In this document: positions 1 through 10,450 of the stretch, one piece after another
Numbering within the stretch: position 1 is the first letter of the stretch
How the letters are laid out: each line of letters begins with the position of its first letter
Program-made: the position numbers and the translations under genes
Assembly (NCBI GenBank): GCA_041674285.1
Contig: JBAYVZ010000004.1
Coordinates: 21,913-85,912 of the forward strand
Source: Minisyncoccota bacterium
GTDB taxonomy: Bacteria; Patescibacteriota; Minisyncoccia; Phycocordibacterales; UBA9973
DNA length: 64,000 bases
Reading direction: 5' to 3'
The notes under the pieces: model-generated
The model's input: the letters and a program-made list of their open reading frames with translations, nothing else
Databases searched by the model: none
What the model was told of the DNA's origin: nothing

Positions 1-507
1 CCCATCCTCCCCACCAGTTATCAGGGCATCTATACCAATATCAAATCCATACGGCCCCATCCATATACTCAGAGCACCGAGTACGCCCCCGAGAACAAAA
101 TAATTCAGGAAGCTATACAGATATGATGTACCGTATTTTTTCAATATAGATAAAAATACAAAAGAAAAAGCAAGCGTATGATAAAGGAGTAGTAGCCCAG
201 TACCTCGAGCAAAATTAGAGAGTAATGCTAAATTAGGATTGATCGCATATACAGCAGTCAGACTCATCCATAATACAAATAAAATTGCCGGAATAAAATA
301 CACTAGGTACTTCCTAGAAAAACGATAAGATGAATCCACAATCAGAGAGTATATCCAGACAAAGAACATAATCTCGACCACTCCATAGATAAAGAAAGTC
401 TTTGAAGATACATGTGGGTATAAATTATTGTAAAAATAAGCAATAGGTGCCAATAAAAAAAGCCCAAAAGAGCAGTATTTTAGTATTTTATCCTTTAGAT
501 TAAACAT
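1..507 (-). CDS. Polytopic integral membrane protein, N-terminal part only (truncated by window edge); O-antigen ligase/polymerase-like topology
   Basis: Minus-strand ORF absent from the ORF track because it runs off the window. ATG at 505-507; my translation is MFNLKDKILKYCSFGLFLLAPIAYFYNNLYPHVSSKTFFIYGVVEIMFFVWIYSLIVDSSYRFSRKYLVYFIPAILFVLWMSLTAVYAINPNLALL..., i.e. successive hydrophobic helices. Function inferred only from topology. Confidence 0.35.
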   Translation of the reverse strand, partial: MFNLKDKILKYCSFGLFLLAPIAYFYNNLYPHVSSKTFFIYGVVEIMFFVWIYSLIVDSSYRFSRKYLVYFIPAILFVLWMSLTAVYAINPNLALLSNFARGTGLLLLYHTLAFSFVFLSILKKYGTSYLYSFLNYFVLGGVLGALSIWMGPYGFDIGIDALITGGEDG

Positions 508-528
508 ATAAATAGTATACCAAAAAAA

Positions 529-556
529 CAAAAACCACCCAAATGGGTGGTTTTTG
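529..556 (-). terminator. Rho-independent terminator hairpin (CCACCC-AAAT-GGGTGG followed by a T-run) downstream of the 654-aa surface protein gene
   Basis: aaaaaccacccaaatgggtggttttt: GC stem flanked by A-run and T-run, so it could terminate in either direction. The same hairpin core recurs at ~46085 and ~57493. Confidence 0.6.
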
Positions 557-590
557 TAGTTCTGATATTCCTAGAACTAGCTAAACAACA

Positions 591-2555
591 TTAGTTGTTA
601 AGTAGTTGGAAACCAGTACGGAAGTTAACATCAGGAGACAAAGTCACCCCTGTACCTGTAACTAGACCAGCCTCTGTGAAAGTCTGAACTTGTTTAACTT
701 GTACGCGGTATGAAGTATTGTTTGTACCTGCTGTTAATGTTGCCTTCAATGTGAAGTGCTTTGCCTCTCCTTCATTTAGAGCGTAACCATTTGTATCAAT
801 AGTTGCATCTGAAGTTTCAAGTGTAATACCTGATACTGTTACAGATGTATCTGTTGTTGTTGGTGCGCCTGAATTTTGGAATACAAATGCGAATGCATGT
901 GAAGCTGAAACTGTTGCAGCATTTAGTGCTGTTTGGCCTAGGTAAAGTGTATCACCGAAAGCTGTAACAGTAACTGGGATTGAGTAAGCAACTGAAGTTA
1001 CATCACCAGTAGTTGTGTTTGCTGTAGGAGTAACTGTAGCAGTTCCCATTACAACGTTCACACCTTCTGCGAAGAATTGCTGAGCATTACCAGCAGCAGA
1101 TCCAGAGATTTCTGTAGAATCTGTTAGCTGATCACCTTCTGCGTTTTCAGCAACCATAGCTGCACGGTCTGTTGATAGCAAAGATGCTGTTAGAGTATCT
1201 CCACCATCAAAGTCTGTAGCTGTAACACCTGTGTTTTCTGTATCATTGATGTCAGCTGTAACAACGAATGTTGTTGTTGAGCCAGCAGCAAGATCAAGAT
1301 CCAAGTTGTCGAATGTTACAACAGCTGTTGTGTTTGATGCACAAGTAGATACACAGTTTGAACCTGTTGATTCAGTATATGTGTTTCCACCGATTGTCAA
1401 AGTAACAGATCCTGTTAGAGCATCGATAGAATCACCAGTTGATACTAGAGTGATTGGCATTTCATCCAACCATACCTTTGATGTACCATCTAGAACTAGC
1501 TTACCCTTTAGAAGTACAACTCCCTTTGTATCGTTAGTTGTACTTACTTTTACAACTGCTGCTGCAGGTGTACTGTCTGTAGAGATCTTTAGTTCTGTAT
1601 CTGCTGATGTAGCAAATGATACGAATGCCATACCTACTCCATCTCCTGCTGTATCGTAATCAAGATTACCAGTTAGCATTGAGTCTGCGTTTGTAAGTGT
1701 TGTTGTAACACCACCACCGTCAACGTAACGGATGTTGTTGATACCAACTGTCCATGAATCAGAATCGATATCACCTGAGTCTAGGTTTGAGATTGCGTCA
1801 ACTGTTACGTACATTTTTGCTGTAGTATCAGCCTTTACAACTGCACCTGCTAGAGTGATTGTCTTTGAGTAAACACCTGTTGAATCCTTTGTAAAGTCAG
1901 CAACGTTTGCTGTACCAACCTTTGTTGATCCTGCGTATACGTGTACTGCTGTTAGGTAATCATTTAGGCGATCTGAATCAGTAGAACCGTTTGAAGCTGA
2001 GTCGAAAGTCAATTTGATTGACTTTACTTCAACGTCACCATCCTTTGATGTATCAACATCGAAGCCCATAACTTTAACATCTGTCTGACCAGCACTTACT
2101 TCTTCATCATTGTATGAAGAGATTTGTGTGATTGATGTGATTTCACCTGTTACTCCAGCTAGTGTAGATGGAGTTGTAGCTGATGCTACACATGAAGCGA
2201 ATAGAGGAGCAACTGGAGTTGTAGCTACATATCCTGCTGGACATGTTGTACCTGTTGTACCACCTGTTGAACCACCGTCTGTTGCTACAGCGTTAGCCTT
2301 AGCTTTTGACATGTTTCCGAACACACCATCAGCTGTTAGGCCGTTAGCTGCTTGCCATACCATAACCTTTGCTTTAGTCATAGGACCAAAGTTTCCGTCA
2401 GCGTTTGCACCGACTAGAGTCTGGAGAGTCATTACTGCTGCTCCTTTACTTCCCACCTTAAGAGTAGTAGTACCGAAATCATAAGCAGCTGAAGCTGAGA
2501 ATGCGATTGCAAAAGCAGCTACTGCGAATGTTCCGATTAAATATTTTTTTAACAT
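591..2555 (-). CDS. Secreted cell-surface protein: signal peptide, peptidoglycan-binding (PG_binding_1-like) domain, long Thr/Ser/Gly/Asp-rich region
   Basis: N-terminal hydrophobic signal (MLKKYLIGTFAVAAFAIAFSASAA). LKVGSKGAAVMTLQTLVGANADGNFGPMTKAKVMVWQAANGLTADGVFG matches the PG-binding domain consensus (L..GS.G..V..LQ..L...DG.FG..T). The remaining ~550 aa are low-complexity and T/G/S/D/V-rich. Confidence 0.55.
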   Translation of the reverse strand: MLKKYLIGTFAVAAFAIAFSASAAYDFGTTTLKVGSKGAAVMTLQTLVGANADGNFGPMTKAKVMVWQAANGLTADGVFGNMSKAKANAVATDGGSTGGTTGTTCPAGYVATTPVAPLFASCVASATTPSTLAGVTGEITSITQISSYNDEEVSAGQTDVKVMGFDVDTSKDGDVEVKSIKLTFDSASNGSTDSDRLNDYLTAVHVYAGSTKVGTANVADFTKDSTGVYSKTITLAGAVVKADTTAKMYVTVDAISNLDSGDIDSDSWTVGINNIRYVDGGGVTTTLTNADSMLTGNLDYDTAGDGVGMAFVSFATSADTELKISTDSTPAAAVVKVSTTNDTKGVVLLKGKLVLDGTSKVWLDEMPITLVSTGDSIDALTGSVTLTIGGNTYTESTGSNCVSTCASNTTAVVTFDNLDLDLAAGSTTTFVVTADINDTENTGVTATDFDGGDTLTASLLSTDRAAMVAENAEGDQLTDSTEISGSAAGNAQQFFAEGVNVVMGTATVTPTANTTTGDVTSVAYSIPVTVTAFGDTLYLGQTALNAATVSASHAFAFVFQNSGAPTTTDTSVTVSGITLETSDATIDTNGYALNEGEAKHFTLKATLTAGTNNTSYRVQVKQVQTFTEAGLVTGTGVTLSPDVNFRTGFQLLNN

Positions 2556-3290
2556 AATTTTTTTGTAATTGTATACACGTTTAGATTAATTTCGACTTAT
2601 CTTTCGATGCGACTAATAATAATGCATCGGAAGAAAAAATTAATGTGTGTGTATATATTTTTATAACAGTCTCTATCAACTGCTATTTTTACTATCAGAT
2701 AATTCCCCGAGAGAAACTATCTGATGAACGTAAACGAATTGAATGAATGCCCTGAACGAAAAGCTCAGGAACAAAACATATCTGCCTTGTCGACAGGGCC
2801 GATACCACATTCTGTCTCCTCCTCTGTCACCCGCCTCTATCTGCGGATAATCGTAACTCTATCTGATACGATACACCCAACCTCTATCAAGTCGGGCAAG
2901 AAAGAAAAACACAAAATGGACGACCATAAAAACAAGCGCGGTCTAATATAGTGAGGTAAAATACCCCACAAACGAAACTACAAAGCCGTGACAATATTCG
3001 GTATCAAATTGCACGGTATTTTGTTTTCAATGATCGCCCCTCATTAAAGTATGAGGGCTACTTACATACTAGCACATATTGGCCAAAAAAGCCAGTACTA
3101 GATGTACATCCATTATATAACACCCATAGATATATATGCAAGCAAAATCAAGCATATCTGTGGATAAATACTATAGCCTGTTCCCCTCTTGAGGGGTGGA
3201 CTCTGTACTCAGAGGACGGGGTGGATGAATCCGAATCAATACTTCCACCCCACCCCTACGTGGCACCCCTGCCGAGGGGAATTTTAACCC

Positions 3291-4163
3291 CTAAGCTAGC
3301 ATGTACCTACTCCATCTTTTCTCCCCCGTTTTCTTTATTTTCCCCAGAGACACTAGCGTGTTCAATTCGCGCTGAATTGTCTTTTCTGAGCAGTCAGAGA
3401 ACGACACGGAAATGTCCTTTATGGACAAACCAAACTCTCCACCTTTGTCCTTTATGATATCCTTTATTTTTTGAGACCTGTCTTCCTTAGGTAGAGATAC
3501 TTCTTCTTGTCCTTTAGAGTAAGATTGACTCTTTGGCTTGTCTGAGAGAGCACTCAGTCCGTGATTATTCCCCAGAGACATGAATGTCTTTTTTTGTCCT
3601 ATAATACCCATCGGGTTCACAGTATTCGCAGACACGGACAAAGATTTAGAATCATCAATTTTGAACATTTCTTCTGACAAAATAAATTCTGAGATTTTGC
3701 GGTTTTCAAATCTTTCAGCACCTTCTTCTACCCCCTCGATCTTTCCCTGATGTAGCTCTAATTCGTGAATCAAAACTTCAAATTCCCTACGCAATATCCG
3801 AGCATTCATCTCTGAGATAAAACCAATAGTTGAGGATATGTCCACCAGCGAGATGACCTCATTTATCTGTAGTCGCACAGACGTGATATGTGTATGTTTT
3901 TCGACAGGAGAAAGGACAGACATTTGATGCACCGCAGATAGGACATCTACCCCTCGTAGGCGCATCTTCATCTTGATCGCGTCGTCTGTGTCCATACAGT
4001 CCGTGACCATATATAGAGCTGCCAGTAGCTTCTCTGTCTTTTTCAAAACAAAAGAATAAACATCTTCATTACCAATGCTTTTATCGTTACGGACATGGCT
4101 ACCCATATAGTTATTTTGGGTATTTGTCTGTTTGTTTTTTAGTTTGTCTTTTTGGTCGTTCAT
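3291..4163 (-). CDS. Hypothetical protein with C-terminal winged-helix-like DNA-binding region (putative regulator)
   Basis: C-terminus GLSIKDISVSFSDCSEKTIQRELNTLVSLGKIKKTGEKRWSRYML resembles a wHTH. The N-terminal 230 aa have no recognisable family. Confidence 0.3.
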   Translation of the reverse strand: MNDQKDKLKNKQTNTQNNYMGSHVRNDKSIGNEDVYSFVLKKTEKLLAALYMVTDCMDTDDAIKMKMRLRGVDVLSAVHQMSVLSPVEKHTHITSVRLQINEVISLVDISSTIGFISEMNARILRREFEVLIHELELHQGKIEGVEEGAERFENRKISEFILSEEMFKIDDSKSLSVSANTVNPMGIIGQKKTFMSLGNNHGLSALSDKPKSQSYSKGQEEVSLPKEDRSQKIKDIIKDKGGEFGLSIKDISVSFSDCSEKTIQRELNTLVSLGKIKKTGEKRWSRYMLA

Positions 4164-4347
4164 TGTCTTTTTTATAAAAAAATAATACTAGATACTGTCT
4201 TTTTGTGTGTCCATTATACACCTAAAATAGTTTCTAGCAACTAGACATGCAAGGCAAAAAAAGGTGGTCAGTATAGGTTATTTAAAGTACTAAAATCTAG
4301 CGCTCAAGCACTAGATTTATGATATAATTAGCATATAAATTTATGGT

Positions 4348-4468
4348 CCCGTTAGAAGTCATTTATGTCAGATCACGCACGGGAATAAATATTATTTTTT
4401 GAGTTATATTTTGATTTTATTATTTATAATTATGTACGATAATCTAAAGATTATCTACTTCTAACGGG
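4348..4468. repeat. Palindrome-bounded element, copy A: 12-bp perfect terminal inverted repeats CCCGTTAGAAGT / ACTTCTAACGGG enclosing a 97-bp AT-rich core with an internal 7-bp-stem/TAAA-loop hairpin; the 3' arm abuts the ftsK ATG
   Basis: 4348-4359 cccgttagaagt; 4457-4468 acttctaacggg; ATG of ftsK at 4469. Internal hairpin gataatc-taaa-gattatc at 4438-4455. Related copies at 22561-22677, 39291-39408 and 20736-20805; solo arm at 38027-38036. Confidence 0.7.
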
Positions 4469-6709
4469 ATGGCAAAAAAAGACATTGAAGATGAATTTGA
4501 AGACGATGAAGAATTCGAAGATGACGCTCCCATCCGCAGAAATTCCAGTAACGGAAAGAGGAAACCAGGGCCCAAAAAAGGATCAAAGCATCGCAGAAAA
4601 GTCGAACTAAAAGATGAAACCCGACAAAGTATTTGGGGTGTAGTTTTTTTTGTTTTCGCAATATTAATAATATTATCAATTTTTCACATAGGAGGTATCG
4701 CAGGTGATTTCTTGATGCAAGTATTAGGATCGTTCCTAGGCATTGGATACTACTTGCTCCCCGTAGTTTTAGGAGTACTCGGCGTATCATTTATGAGACG
4801 AGGCAGGCCAGAAGTTGCTACTCTGCATGCGATAGTTGGAGCTACTCTCATACTCTCTGTATTAGGTATTTGCGACATCACAGCTAACGGCGCAGGAGAA
4901 TCTACAAATCTCATATGGGGTGGATACCTAGGTAGTATCGTCGCATGGCCATTCATAAAATTATTCCGCGAGATCGGAGGCATCCTAGTCCTAGGAACTG
5001 TACTGATTGTATCCCTACTCGTACTCTTTGACGAGCGCCCAAACCTCATGCAAATCTGGGACAAGATAGTCGCATTCTTCAAGCAAGATATTCGCATAGA
5101 AAACAGTAATCAAGAATCTACCGCAGTAGAAGAAAACGAAGCAGAAGATTCTGCTCCTTTGAAAAAGATAAAACCACTAGAAGAGGAGTATGCGGAGACA
5201 GAGGAAGAGATGGAGCTAATAGAAAAACCTTTACCAAAATCCAAAAAATTTGTATCAAAAGCTTACACACCTCCCCCACTAACTCTCCTAGAAAAAGATA
5301 GCGGAAAGGCAAATGTCGGAGACACAAAATCAAACGTAAATATCATACAAAAAACTCTATTGAATTTTGGTATCCCAGTGGAGATGGACGAAGTAACAGT
5401 TGGACCTACTGTTACTAGATACGCACTCAAACCCGCTCAGGGGGTAAAGCTATCTCGTATAGTAGGACTCCAAAATGACCTAGCCCTATCTCTCGCTGCT
5501 CACCCTATACGTATCGAGGCACCTATCCCAGGTAAATCTCTAGTAGGTATAGAGATCCCAAACAAGGCAAAATCAACAGTCGGAATGGCGACGCTCCTAG
5601 CAGACGACAAGTTCCAAAACGCCCCAAAGCCATTAATGATTGCGTTGGGTCGAGGACTCTCTGGCAAGGCCCTATTCGGCAACCTAGCCAAGATGCCTCA
5701 TGCACTTATCGCTGGAACTACAGGCTCAGGAAAATCAGTCACAATCCACTCTGTCATAGTGTCTCTGTTATACAGGAATGGCCCAGAAGATTTACGATTT
5801 ATCATGGTGGATCCAAAGCGCGTAGAGCTCACCCTTTACAACAAGATCCCTCACCTACTCACACCTGTAATCACAGACCCAAAGAAGACAATCCTAGCCC
5901 TCAAATGGGCAGCAAAAGAGATGGACCGTCGATATGACCTGCTAGAGTCTCATTCTGTTAAAGATATTACCAGTTACCACGAAAATATCCTGGCAAAAGA
6001 CAAGAGTGGTGAATTGGAGCGTATGCCGTATATAGTCATCATTATCGATGAGTTGGCAGATATTATGCAGACATACCCAAGAGAGCTCGAGAGCGGTATC
6101 GTACGCCTCGCTCAGATGTCTCGTGCTGTCGGTATACACCTCATACTATCTACTCAGCGCCCATCTGTGAACGTCATCACAGGTCTCATCAAAGCTAATG
6201 TCCCTACTCGTATTGCCCTCCAAGTAGCATCCCAGATTGACTCTCGTACAATTCTAGATCAAGCAGGAGCTGAAAAATTGCTAGGTGCCGGAGATATGCT
6301 ATACGCAGGCGCAGAGATGAGTCAGCCAGAGCGTCTACAATCAGCATTCATATCAGAAAATGAAGTGAAGAAGGTGGTAGAATACCTAAAAGATGCATAT
6401 ATGGACGAATTACCAGATACTATCGAGCTATCTGGTTCGATAGAAAATGGCAACAACCTATTCAACGGCAGTCTGACAGATGAAGGTGGCGATGATGACC
6501 TATATGAAGACGCGAGGCAAATAGTGATTGAAACTGGAAAAGCCTCTACCTCATACCTACAGAGAAAGCTAGGAGTCGGATACGCTCGTGCAGCAAAACT
6601 GATAGATATGCTAGAAGACAGAGGTATAGTCGGTCCAGCCAATGGATCAAAACCTCGTGATGTATTAGAAAGACCAGTCGATCATATAGGTAGCGAAGAA
6701 CAAATCTAA
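4469..6709 (+). CDS. ftsK: DNA translocase FtsK/SpoIIIE
   Basis: N-terminal TM helices; Walker A AGTTGSGKSVTIHSVIVSLL, motor domain, and C-terminal gamma (winged-helix) domain YLQRKLGVGYARAAKLIDMLEDRGIVGP. Confidence 0.92.
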   Translation: MAKKDIEDEFEDDEEFEDDAPIRRNSSNGKRKPGPKKGSKHRRKVELKDETRQSIWGVVFFVFAILIILSIFHIGGIAGDFLMQVLGSFLGIGYYLLPVVLGVLGVSFMRRGRPEVATLHAIVGATLILSVLGICDITANGAGESTNLIWGGYLGSIVAWPFIKLFREIGGILVLGTVLIVSLLVLFDERPNLMQIWDKIVAFFKQDIRIENSNQESTAVEENEAEDSAPLKKIKPLEEEYAETEEEMELIEKPLPKSKKFVSKAYTPPPLTLLEKDSGKANVGDTKSNVNIIQKTLLNFGIPVEMDEVTVGPTVTRYALKPAQGVKLSRIVGLQNDLALSLAAHPIRIEAPIPGKSLVGIEIPNKAKSTVGMATLLADDKFQNAPKPLMIALGRGLSGKALFGNLAKMPHALIAGTTGSGKSVTIHSVIVSLLYRNGPEDLRFIMVDPKRVELTLYNKIPHLLTPVITDPKKTILALKWAAKEMDRRYDLLESHSVKDITSYHENILAKDKSGELERMPYIVIIIDELADIMQTYPRELESGIVRLAQMSRAVGIHLILSTQRPSVNVITGLIKANVPTRIALQVASQIDSRTILDQAGAEKLLGAGDMLYAGAEMSQPERLQSAFISENEVKKVVEYLKDAYMDELPDTIELSGSIENGNNLFNGSLTDEGGDDDLYEDARQIVIETGKASTSYLQRKLGVGYARAAKLIDMLEDRGIVGPANGSKPRDVLERPVDHIGSEEQI

Positions 6710-6710
6710 T

Positions 6711-7094
6711 ATGACATCAACTATCAAAAAAAGATCAGTGAAGTGGTGGGTGGGGACAGGGCTATGTATGGCTCTGTTCCTCTCTATCTCTGTATATTCA
6801 TATGCAAAGATGCGAGTCGTGATAAATGGAGTCAAAGTAAAGGCAGAGATAGAAAAAACATCTGAATCCCCCCTTGCCTTCATAAAAGGAAATGCGAGGA
6901 ATGCCATATATATCAGCCTAAATGGTAGAGAAATTTTTATAGACAAGGACGGCACATTCAAAGAGCCTATTGCCCTACTAGACGGCCTGGGTGTTGTCAC
7001 CATAGAAGCTCAAGACAAATTCGGTAATACCTCAAAAAAGCAATTCCAAGTTGTATATAAAGACAATCAAAAAGTCGCATTATTAGAAAAGTAA
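6711..7094 (+). CDS. Hypothetical membrane-anchored protein (single N-terminal TM), probably co-transcribed with ftsK
   Basis: Starts 2 nt after the ftsK stop. N-terminal hydrophobic segment WWVGTGLCMALFLSISVY. No family recognised. Confidence 0.3.
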   Translation: MTSTIKKRSVKWWVGTGLCMALFLSISVYSYAKMRVVINGVKVKAEIEKTSESPLAFIKGNARNAIYISLNGREIFIDKDGTFKEPIALLDGLGVVTIEAQDKFGNTSKKQFQVVYKDNQKVALLEK

Positions 7095-7215
7095 TACAAA
7101 ATTTTTAATTACAAATTTTTAATTTTTAAATAATAAACAAATGTTTTAATAAATTAATTCATTTAAACATTATTTATAAAATTTTTAAATTATAAAATTA
7201 CAAAATTATAATTTT

Positions 7216-8262
7216 ATGCAAAAGAAAGCAAAGAAAGAACCAAAGACAACAGGCAGTGCGATAGAAGATACAATCAAGTCTATCCAGACTAAATTCGGTG
7301 AAGGTGCCATCATGACACTCGGAGAGACAGCAAAGGTAGATGTGAATACTATATCCACTGGATCAGTGGGATTGGATATGGCGCTAGGCGTCGGTGGACT
7401 ACCCCGTGGACGTATAATCGAGATATTTGGACCAGAGTCATCTGGTAAGACTACTCTTGCCCTACACGTAGTAGCAGAAGCCCAGAAAACTGGCGGTGTA
7501 TGTGCGTATATCGACGCAGAACACGCTATGGACCCAGATTACGCAGCAAAGCTCGGAGTAAAGATAAATGAGCTCCTAATCTCTCAGCCAGACACTGGAG
7601 AGCAGGGTCTAGAGATCACAGAGAGTCTAATACGCTCTGGCAAGATCGACGTTATAGTCATCGACTCTGTAGCAGCACTCACTCCAAAGGATGAGATCGA
7701 GGGAGATATGGGTCAGTCACACGTAGGTAAACAAGCTCGTCTAATGTCTCAAGCACTAAGAAAGCTCACGGCAATCGTCGCCCATTCAAAGACTGTCGTT
7801 ATATTCATAAACCAGATCCGTATGCAGATCGGTATCATGTTCGGTAATCCCGAGACTACTCCAGGTGGAAAGGCTCTAAAATTCTATACATCTGTACGTC
7901 TTGATATTCGTCGTATCGCCCAGATCAAAAAAGGTGAAGACGTAGTAGGATCTCGTACTCGCGTAAAGGTGGTCAAGAACAAGGTCGCTGCCCCATTCAA
8001 ACAGACAGAATTCGACATACTGTACGGCGAGGGCATCTCTCGTGAGGGTGAGATCATCGCCCTAGGTGAAAAGCTAGGATTAATCGACAAAGCAGGCGCA
8101 TCATACTCTATGAAGAACAAGGAGGGTGAAAAGGTACCTATGGGTCGTGGATACGATGCTACTCGCGTATGGCTACGTGAGAATAAAAAGGTAGCTGATG
8201 CCCTACTCAAAGAGATCAAATCTCGTTTCAATGAAATCCAGATAACCAGCGCAGGAGAATAA
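7216..8262 (+). CDS. recA: Recombinase RecA
   Basis: [59 protein letters not shown] is canonical RecA (Walker [10 protein letters not shown]). Confidence 0.95.
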   Translation: MQKKAKKEPKTTGSAIEDTIKSIQTKFGEGAIMTLGETAKVDVNTISTGSVGLDMALGVGGLPRGRIIEIFGPESSGKTTLALHVVAEAQKTGGVCAYIDAEHAMDPDYAAKLGVKINELLISQPDTGEQGLEITESLIRSGKIDVIVIDSVAALTPKDEIEGDMGQSHVGKQARLMSQALRKLTAIVAHSKTVVIFINQIRMQIGIMFGNPETTPGGKALKFYTSVRLDIRRIAQIKKGEDVVGSRTRVKVVKNKVAAPFKQTEFDILYGEGISREGEIIALGEKLGLIDKAGASYSMKNKEGEKVPMGRGYDATRVWLRENKKVADALLKEIKSRFNEIQITSAGE

Positions 8263-8377
8263 GACAGTTATAAAGTTGAAAGTTTATAAAGTGTAAAGAA
8301 TTAGACTTTTAGACTTTATTTTGATATATTCTCAGTAGTTTACTTTATAACTTTTAACATTAAGACTTTATAACTCT

Positions 8378-8965
8378 ATGGCAATGCTAGAATACAGCGA
8401 TATACGCACAGGAAAGATTATTATCCACGAAGAGGAGCCTTGTTTGGTGGTGGACAACCATGTTGCCCGCACTCAACAGCGCAAGCCTCAGAACCAAGTA
8501 AAGCTCAAGAGTCTACTATCTGGACGCACATGGAATACTACATTCCACGCTTCAGACAAGGCAGACGAGGCCGAGATTAGTAAAAAAGAGGTAAAGTTCC
8601 TATTTGCAAACAAAGGTGAATACTGGTTCTGTGATCCAGAGAATCCAAAAGACCGATTCCAATTAGCAGAGAGTGTCATCGGTGATCAGATAAAGTATCT
8701 CCAACCAAATGAGAATACAACTGCAATCTCTTGGAACAATGAAGATGATGAAGAGCAGATAATCAGTATAAAGCTCCCAGTCAAGATGGAATTCATCATC
8801 AAAGACTGCCCTCCTACTATCAAGGGTGCCACAGCTAGTGGTGGAAACAAGATCGCAGTATTGGAAAATGGTACTACAGTCAATGTCCCCCTATTCCTAA
8901 ACCCAGGCGAAAAAATCCGTATCAATACAGAGACTGGCGAATACGTAGAAAGAGTCCAATCGTAA
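8378..8965 (+). CDS. efp: Translation elongation factor P
   Basis: ~190 aa, three-domain EF-P-like layout: N-terminal KOW-like segment with a basic loop (VARTQQRKPQNQVKLKSLLSGR), then two OB-like domains. Length and position (after recA) fit. Confidence 0.75.
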   Translation: MAMLEYSDIRTGKIIIHEEEPCLVVDNHVARTQQRKPQNQVKLKSLLSGRTWNTTFHASDKADEAEISKKEVKFLFANKGEYWFCDPENPKDRFQLAESVIGDQIKYLQPNENTTAISWNNEDDEEQIISIKLPVKMEFIIKDCPPTIKGATASGGNKIAVLENGTTVNVPLFLNPGEKIRINTETGEYVERVQS

Positions 8966-8973
8966 TATGACGC

Positions 8974-9012
8974 AAAAAAAATCCTGACCACTTGTGGTCA
9001 GGATTTTTTTAT
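8974..9012. terminator. Bidirectional rho-independent terminator (atcctgaccacttgtggtcaggat flanked by A- and T-runs) between efp (+) and the convergent 9013-9738 gene (-)
   Basis: 12-bp perfect stem with A8 upstream and T9 downstream. Confidence 0.6.
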
Positions 9013-9738
9013 TTAGAAAGCCATAACATGCTTATTGTCTTCAATAAACTTATTTATAGCTTCTTCAAAGTGTAAAGGAAAAACTACGTCACGGAAACCC
9101 ACGATCTCATTTGCAAATCTTGATAATTCCGAAATGTGCTCACGTAGAACATTTACTAAAATAACTTCATCCCCATAGTGGAGATAACCCTCATATGCGT
9201 AAAATAAATATTCCCATTTTTCCAAAGCTGGAAATAAATTAACTTCATAAGGATATTCTTCTCTCAAATAAGTAATGGTAGTAATCGCATCTTCGGGGAA
9301 AATACTAAGATATTCATCAGATTTGTGAGCAAACTGCAATAAATAAGCCTCCATAAAATGGATATACAGATTAAAATCTGTAAACATAAAATGTTGAATC
9401 TTTTGCTCAAAAGCACTATACTCCTTTAAATCATGGTGAGCTCTTTTGCTCACAACAGAGATATCCTTCTTTTGAAGCAAGAGCCCTTCAGGCAAGTCAT
9501 GCCACTGGAATGCATCCTTCATTAATTCTGTATTTAATTTAGGGTAATGCCGACTCTTGAGATTAAAAAGTACGGGTATTATCACCATAGATACAGAATG
9601 CTGGTGGTGCAGAGTCGTCTGCTTTCTTAATTCGGGGTTACGCTCTACGAACCTACCCCATCTAACAACTTCGTCCAATGGACACTGAGATGCGAGCCAT
9701 AGGTCGAACATCTGCTCGAAAATTGTGTTACTAATCAT
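9013..9738 (-). CDS. Hypothetical protein, possibly HD-domain phosphohydrolase-like
   Basis: LHHQHS ... WHDLPE spacing is reminiscent of HD-domain H...HD metal ligands. Weak; no other motif. Confidence 0.3.
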   Translation of the reverse strand: MISNTIFEQMFDLWLASQCPLDEVVRWGRFVERNPELRKQTTLHHQHSVSMVIIPVLFNLKSRHYPKLNTELMKDAFQWHDLPEGLLLQKKDISVVSKRAHHDLKEYSAFEQKIQHFMFTDFNLYIHFMEAYLLQFAHKSDEYLSIFPEDAITTITYLREEYPYEVNLFPALEKWEYLFYAYEGYLHYGDEVILVNVLREHISELSRFANEIVGFRDVVFPLHFEEAINKFIEDNKHVMAF

Positions 9739-9846
9739 TGTTTGTTTCCTCCTATTTTATTGTTTTTCTTTCATCTTACTAATCCCCCACAATAAGTCAA
9801 ATAGAATAAAAACACCCCTTTCGGGGTGTTTTTATGTGTAAAACGA

Positions 9847-10272
9847 TTAGTCTACGATTGTGATTCCTGCACTGCGAGCTGATCCTTCTACGATTTTCAT
9901 AGCACCTTCAATGTTTTTAGCATTTAGGTCTGGCATTTTCTTTTCTGCGATTTCACGAACCTGAGCACGTGTAATCTTTCCTGCCTTTGAAGTGTTTGGC
10001 TTTCCTGAACCCTTTTCTATACCTGCAGCTTTGAATATCAATCCTGCTACTGGTGGAGTTGTGACTGTGAATTCGTATGTACGATCATCAAAAACTGAGA
10101 TCTTAACACCTACGATATCACCTGCCATTGCCTGTGTTGCGGCGTTGAATTTTTGACAGAATTCAGCGATGTTTACACCTGCCTGACCGAGTGCGGGTCC
10201 TAATGGTGGCGCTGGAGTTGCTTTCGCAGCGGCAATTTGTAGTTTTACCTTTTTTGTAATTTTCTTTGCCAT
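9847..10272 (-). CDS. rplK: 50S ribosomal protein L11
   Basis: [46 protein letters not shown] is canonical L11. The ORF track adds 4 N-terminal residues (MYDY); the likely start is the MAKK Met at 10272. Confidence 0.92.
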   Translation of the reverse strand: MAKKITKKVKLQIAAAKATPAPPLGPALGQAGVNIAEFCQKFNAATQAMAGDIVGVKISVFDDRTYEFTVTTPPVAGLIFKAAGIEKGSGKPNTSKAGKITRAQVREIAEKKMPDLNAKNIEGAMKIVEGSARSAGITIVD

Positions 10273-10450
10273 ATAGTCATACAATTCTTAATTTTGTAAT
10301 TTTTAAATAATGCAAAAATGTCTAATTTTTAAACATAAATACATTATAAAATTATTTATAAAATTAAAAATTTTAAATTAAAAATTCTTAATGTTTTGAA
10401 GCTTTTTGCGTAACAGGTCTACTTTAGCATAAAAATGCTTATAGGTAAAG

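Noticed and set aside
1231-2484. ORFs 1231-1659(+) and 2110-2484(+), and similar long antisense ORFs inside other genes (e.g. 13977-14435, 23040-23501, 58512-58799)
   Set aside because: Each is fully embedded antisense within a well-supported gene. Low-complexity translations mirror the sense strand's codon bias; treated as shadow ORFs.
2724-2951. 75-aa ORF in the intergenic region upstream of the surface-protein gene
   Set aside because: No RBS or promoter-like context, compositionally atypical, and no recognisable motif; likely non-coding.
2556-3290. Possible tmRNA/SRP/RNase P gene in the 735-bp intergenic region (a candidate tag-like reading aaacgaaactacaaagccgtga was noticed)
   Set aside because: No tRNA-like 3' end (…GGTTCGA.TCC…CCA), no tag ending in hydrophobic residues, and no conserved SRP (GGAA tetraloop/AGCAGCC) or RNase P (GGAAAGUCCGG) blocks. 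Only the hairpin cluster at 3170-3290 is retained, as a low-confidence finding.
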